In this document: in pieces, positions 60,283 through 64,000 of the stretch
Layout: each line of letters opens with the position of its first letter
Numbering within the stretch: the stretch's first letter is position 1
Source: Myxococcota bacterium
GTDB lineage: Bacteria > Myxococcota_A > UBA796 > SXON01
DNA length: 64,000 nucleotides
Assembly (NCBI GenBank): GCA_040386535.1
Contig: JAZKFH010000047.1
Coordinates: 1 to 64,000 of the forward strand
Direction: 5' to 3'
Notes under the pieces: generated by a model
What the model saw: the letters and a program-made list of their open reading frames with translations, nothing else
Database searches by the model: none
Told to the model about the DNA's origin: nothing
Program-made: the position numbers and the translations under genes

Positions 60283-61698
60283 TCAAAAGGCCTCTCCCCA
60301 GGCCGCCACGACGCCCCATCCCTCGGGGCCGAACCCGATGTCGAGGCGCGTGACGTTGTACCGATCCGGCGGGAGCACGATCCGCAGGCCGCCGCCCGCG
60401 GTCACGTGCCAGCCCGCGACGTTGGCGCCATCCACGAAGAGGGCGCCGTGCAGCGGGCCCCAGAGGGGGTGGCGGTACTCGATCTGCCCGGCCAGCACGG
60501 TGTCCCCGCGGAAGCGGCCGGCGGGCAGGCCGCGCAACAGGTCGGCGCCGCCCGCGGTGGGCAGGCGGTAGAACGGCGCGTCGGTCGGCACGTGGGTGGC
60601 CGCGAGGCGGAGCGCGAGGGTGCCCCCGGCGAGCTTCGGCGCGGCGCGTCCGTCCGCCGAGACCACGAGGTAGGTGTAGCCGCCGAGGTCGAGCTCGCTC
60701 GCGAGGCGGAGGCGCGCGGTCGTGTCGCCCAGCGTGACCGACGCGGTGGGGCCCGCGAGGAGCGTGGTGCCGTCGTACACCTCCACGCGCCCGAACGCCC
60801 CCACGCTCACGCCGAGCAGGCCCCACTGGGGCGCGATTGCCGCGGAGAGCCGCGCCGTGCCGAGCGCGTAGGGCGCGGCGGCGCCGTCGATCCAGCGGTC
60901 CGCGACCGCGCGGGAGGCGCCGGCGCCGAACAGCAGGTTCGGCCGCGTCGCGGTGGTGAGCGCGCCGCCCACCGAGAACCCGCCGCGGGTGTCGGCCCCG
61001 CCGAGGAGCTCGAGCCGGTGCCGCTTCCAGGCGAGATCGGGGTGCGCGAAGCGGAGCGTGACGCCCACTCCGGCGCCGGGCGCGCCGCCCACACCCACGC
61101 CGAGCACCCACGTGCCGGGCGCGGGCGGGGTGCGTTGCCCGGTGGCGCGAAGGCCGCGCCCCATCCCGTCGAGCGCGGCCTCGGGCAGCGCGTCGAGCGC
61201 CGTGTGATCGCCCGTGGCGACGGCGATGCGCGCGGCCGCGGGCCCGGCGAGGGGCGATCCGACGAGCAGCTCGGGCACCCGCGTCGGATCGGCGCCGGTG
61301 AAGGGAGGCATGAAGAGCTCCCAGTCCGCCGCCGCGATGCCGCACCACGCCTCGCTCGAAGGACATGCCGCGAGCGCCCGGTTGAGCTTCGCCTCGTGCA
61401 CGAACGGCGCGACGCTCCCGCCGAGCTGGAGGAGCCGGATGCGCGCCATGGCCTCGGCCGCCGCGGCGATCGCGGGGTCGGGCGCACCGGGCGCCGCGTC
61501 GAGCGCCACGCGCCATGCGTCCCACGCGACGCCCCGATCGCCGCGCCACCACGCCTCGTCGCCCCGGGAGAGGGCGGCGAGGGCCGCGTCGGGAGCGCTG
61601 AGGGAGTCGGTGGGAGCGCTGACGGGGTCGGGCGGCGCGTCGGCGGCGGCCGGGCCGGCGAGGAAGAGCCCCACGACCGCGACGAACCCGCGGACCAC
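60283..61698 (-). CDS. Omp85 (BamA/TamA) superfamily barrel protein
   Basis: LLRGLPAGRFRG (L6 loop), EYRHPL, FVDGANV, GGGLR, C-terminal GEAF. Confidence 0.8.
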   Translation of the reverse strand: MVRGFVAVVGLFLAGPAAADAPPDPVSAPTDSLSAPDAALAALSRGDEAWWRGDRGVAWDAWRVALDAAPGAPDPAIAAAAEAMARIRLLQLGGSVAPFVHEAKLNRALAACPSSEAWCGIAAADWELFMPPFTGADPTRVPELLVGSPLAGPAAARIAVATGDHTALDALPEAALDGMGRGLRATGQRTPPAPGTWVLGVGVGGAPGAGVGVTLRFAHPDLAWKRHRLELLGGADTRGGFSVGGALTTATRPNLLFGAGASRAVADRWIDGAAAPYALGTARLSAAIAPQWGLLGVSVGAFGRVEVYDGTTLLAGPTASVTLGDTTARLRLASELDLGGYTYLVVSADGRAAPKLAGGTLALRLAATHVPTDAPFYRLPTAGGADLLRGLPAGRFRGDTVLAGQIEYRHPLWGPLHGALFVDGANVAGWHVTAGGGLRIVLPPDRYNVTRLDIGFGPEGWGVVAAWGEAF

Positions 61699-61711
61699 GC
61701 GCCGGACCGAC

Positions 61712-62035
61712 TTGTCGATCACCGGGGCCGGTTGTCGATCGAGTTGTCGATCACGCGGGGTGCGGAGGGGGGAGTTGTCGATCACGGGTGCCGGTTGTCG
61801 ATCGAGTTGTGCCCCGCCGGGCGGATCCGAGGGGTCGAATTGTCGCTCGGCGTGACGCGCGGTTGCGAGTTGTCGATCACAAAGATCGATTGTCGATCGA
61901 GTTGTCGATCGTTCGGGGGACGCGGGGCGAGTTGTCGATCACGGGTGCCGGTTGTCGATCGAGTTGTCGATCGTTCTAGGTGCCCGGGACAATGTTGTCG
62001 ATCACGGGAGGGGGTTGTCGATCGAGTTGTCGATC
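61712..62035. repeat. Array of 14 perfect TTGTCGATC direct repeats in five triplet modules
   Basis: Starts at 61712, 61732, 61744, 61775, 61795, 61870, 61890, 61902, 61932, 61952, 61964, 61995, 62015 and 62027; degenerate copies at 61807 and 61840. Confidence 0.95.
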
Positions 62036-62101
62036 ACGCGGCCCGGCGATTTCTTCGATCGGGCGCGTAGCCGTACGACCGCGGCGGGGGCATGTTGGCA
62101 C

Positions 62102-62725
62102 ATGGCTCTCCCCGCGCGAGGACGAATGACCGAGGAGGAGTACCTCGAATACGACCGGACCCACGACGGGAAGCGGGAGTTCGTGAACGGGGAGCTCATC
62201 GACATGGCGGGGGCGAGCGAGGCGCACGGACTCGTCGTCGGAAACCTCTTCTTCGCGATCAAGACGCGTCTGCGTGGGGGAGCTTGCCGGGCGTTCGTGG
62301 CCGACATGCGCGTCCGTATCGACGAAACCGGCCTCTACGCCTACCCGGACATCGTGGTGGTGTGCGGCAAGGCCGAGTTCGCCCCGACCCGCCCCGAGTC
62401 GCTCCTCAACCCCTCGATGGTCGTGGAGGTGCTCTCGCCGACCACGGCCGGCTACGACCGTGGCGCCAAGCTGGAGCACTACCGCCGCCGCCCGAGCATC
62501 CGGGCGATCCTCCTGGTGGACTCCGTCGAGCGCCGGATGACCCGCTACATCCGCAACGCCGACGACACGTGGACGCTCGCCGACCACCTCGACGGCACCG
62601 TACCCATCGGCCCTCTGGAGCTGGAGCTCTCGATGGACGAGATCTTTGAGGGCACCGAAGAGGCGATGGCACGAGCGGCGGCGGACGCCGACGCTCCGGC
62701 GATGCGGGCGCCTTTGCGCCCGTAA
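62102..62725 (+). CDS. Uma2/DUF820 family PD-(D/E)xK endonuclease-like protein
   Basis: MTEEEYL, EFVNGE, MAGASEAH, YPDIVVVC, VEVLSPTT..YDRGAK. Confidence 0.92.
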   Translation: MALPARGRMTEEEYLEYDRTHDGKREFVNGELIDMAGASEAHGLVVGNLFFAIKTRLRGGACRAFVADMRVRIDETGLYAYPDIVVVCGKAEFAPTRPESLLNPSMVVEVLSPTTAGYDRGAKLEHYRRRPSIRAILLVDSVERRMTRYIRNADDTWTLADHLDGTVPIGPLELELSMDEIFEGTEEAMARAAADADAPAMRAPLRP

Positions 62726-62762
62726 AGCCGGCCAACTCCGGCCTCCTTCGGCGTCCTCCGGC

Positions 62763-64000
62763 CTACTTCTCCTCCTCCGTCCCCTGCGTGTACCCGAGCG
62801 CCTCGAGCTGCGCGCGGGTCTCGTCCGCGACGGTGATCTGGGCGGCGGTGCGCGGGCCCTCGTAGCGGAGCGGGCCGGTCGCGGGGGCGCCGAGGACGCC
62901 GCGGAGGGGGGGCGCGGGGTCGAGGTAGACGTTGGCGTCGGGCGGGTACACGCCGAAGCGGGCGGGGCCGGGGAGCGCCTGGCCCACGCGCGTGCCGCCG
63001 CTGTAGAGCTGGCCGAGCGTGCGGACCGTGCCCGCGTCGAGCACCCAGCGCTCGCCGAGAAGTGGCCACAGCTGGGCTTCGAGCGCGTCGGCCTTTCCGG
63101 TGTCGGTGCGGCCGTTCGCTTCGAGCGGATCGGCCTTGGTGTCGAACACGGTGCGCTGCCCGTTGGTCAGATCGAGGTCGAGGCGGCGGTCGCCCGTGGC
63201 GATGGACAGGCGGGACGAGTCGAACCGGCTGGTCTCGGCGAGGAAGGTGCGCGCGGGGACGGGGCCGCGCAGATCGACGCCGGGGCCGTGGGGCCAGGGG
63301 AGGCCCGCCATGGCCGCGATCGTGGCGGCCAGATCGATGGTGCCGGCCCGTTCGGTGCGCACGGCGGCCTCGATCCCCGGCCCGTTGAGGAGGAGCGGGA
63401 TCTCGAGCGCCTCGCGGTACAAGGTGTGGGCGTGGCCCCAGCTCCCGCGCTCGCCGAACTCCTCGCCGTGGTCGGCGGTGATGATCCAGTTGGCAGGCCG
63501 ATCGGAGTCGTCCCACGCCTCCTTGAGGCGGCCGATCGCGTCGTCCACGTAGGCGATGCTCTCGTCGTACTGCGCGATCTGGTGCGCCATCCGCTTCTCG
63601 CCGAGCGGGCGCCGCTTGAAGTAGTGGTACGAGCGGTACTGGAGCTCCGCGAAGGTGCCGACGCGGTCGAACTTCTCGTCCCAGGGGGGCGGCGGGAGGT
63701 AGGGGTAGTGCACGTCGTAGATGTGGATGAACAGGAAGAGCGGCTTTCCCCCACCCTTCTCCTTGGCGAGCAGCAGCGCGTCGTTCACCAGGGTCTCGAC
63801 GCGGACCGGGTGCAGGAGGTTGTCGCGCTCGGCGATGCCGTAGTCCTGGTACGTGTCGAAGCCGCGCGCGAACCCGTAGGCGGCGGACACGTAGATGGTC
63901 GAGACGAAGGCGGCGGTGGTGTAGCCGGCCGTCGCGAGCGCCTCCTGCACGAGGGGCACGTCGGGGGCGAGGGCGATGTCGTCCTCGACGACGTGGTGCT
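62763..64000 (-). CDS. Sulfatase-family protein (5' part lies outside the window)
   Basis: AGYTTAAF, GFARGFD, HIYDVHYPY, YDESIAYVD, TADHGEEF, HAHTLY, LEALGY. Confidence 0.88.
   Translation of the reverse strand, partial: HHVVEDDIALAPDVPLVQEALATAGYTTAAFVSTIYVSAAYGFARGFDTYQDYGIAERDNLLHPVRVETLVNDALLLAKEKGGGKPLFLFIHIYDVHYPYLPPPPWDEKFDRVGTFAELQYRSYHYFKRRPLGEKRMAHQIAQYDESIAYVDDAIGRLKEAWDDSDRPANWIITADHGEEFGERGSWGHAHTLYREALEIPLLLNGPGIEAAVRTERAGTIDLAATIAAMAGLPWPHGPGVDLRGPVPARTFLAETSRFDSSRLSIATGDRRLDLDLTNGQRTVFDTKADPLEANGRTDTGKADALEAQLWPLLGERWVLDAGTVRTLGQLYSGGTRVGQALPGPARFGVYPPDANVYLDPAPPLRGVLGAPATGPLRYEGPRTAAQITVADETRAQLEALGYTQGTEEEK

Noticed and set aside
61712..62035. Canonical CRISPR or coding repeat
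   Set aside because: The short variable segments recur (ACGGGTGCCGG twice), the long ones are about 21 nt and G-rich, there are no cas genes, and the spacings do not hold one reading frame

Overview
A very GC-rich diderm bacterial chromosome segment containing the replication origin. Myxococcota affiliation is inferred from MopE-type Cys/Asp repeats, several Hanks-type kinases and Omp85/beta-barrel proteins. The core block is gshB-mnmE-jag-yidC-yidD-rnpA-rpmH on the minus strand, divergent from dnaA-[oriC candidate]-dnaN-recF-gyrB-fabH and an ArsA/Get3-like pair. The accessory flanks carry: (i) a tandem pair of full-length paralogous Ser/Thr kinase + degenerate P-loop + helical-repeat (NLR/STAND-like) proteins followed by a small orphan gene; (ii) a receptor-less CheA-like kinase/REC-GGDEF/CheX/CheY operon; (iii) an ArsS radical-SAM/CMD pair coupled to a lipoprotein and a catalytically dead signal-peptidase-like gene; (iv) an RlmD-like protein that has lost its catalytic Cys; (v) an RRM protein with a ~190-aa Gly/Tyr low-complexity tail; (vi) four intergenic tandem-repeat arrays, one a phased TTGTCGATC array directly upstream of a Uma2 nuclease. 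mnmE and a DAGK-family gene appear to lack canonical start codons, and mnmE is in frame behind the jag stop. I recognised no rRNA, tRNA, CRISPR-Cas or transposase. All family assignments come from motif recognition by eye; no database searches were run.
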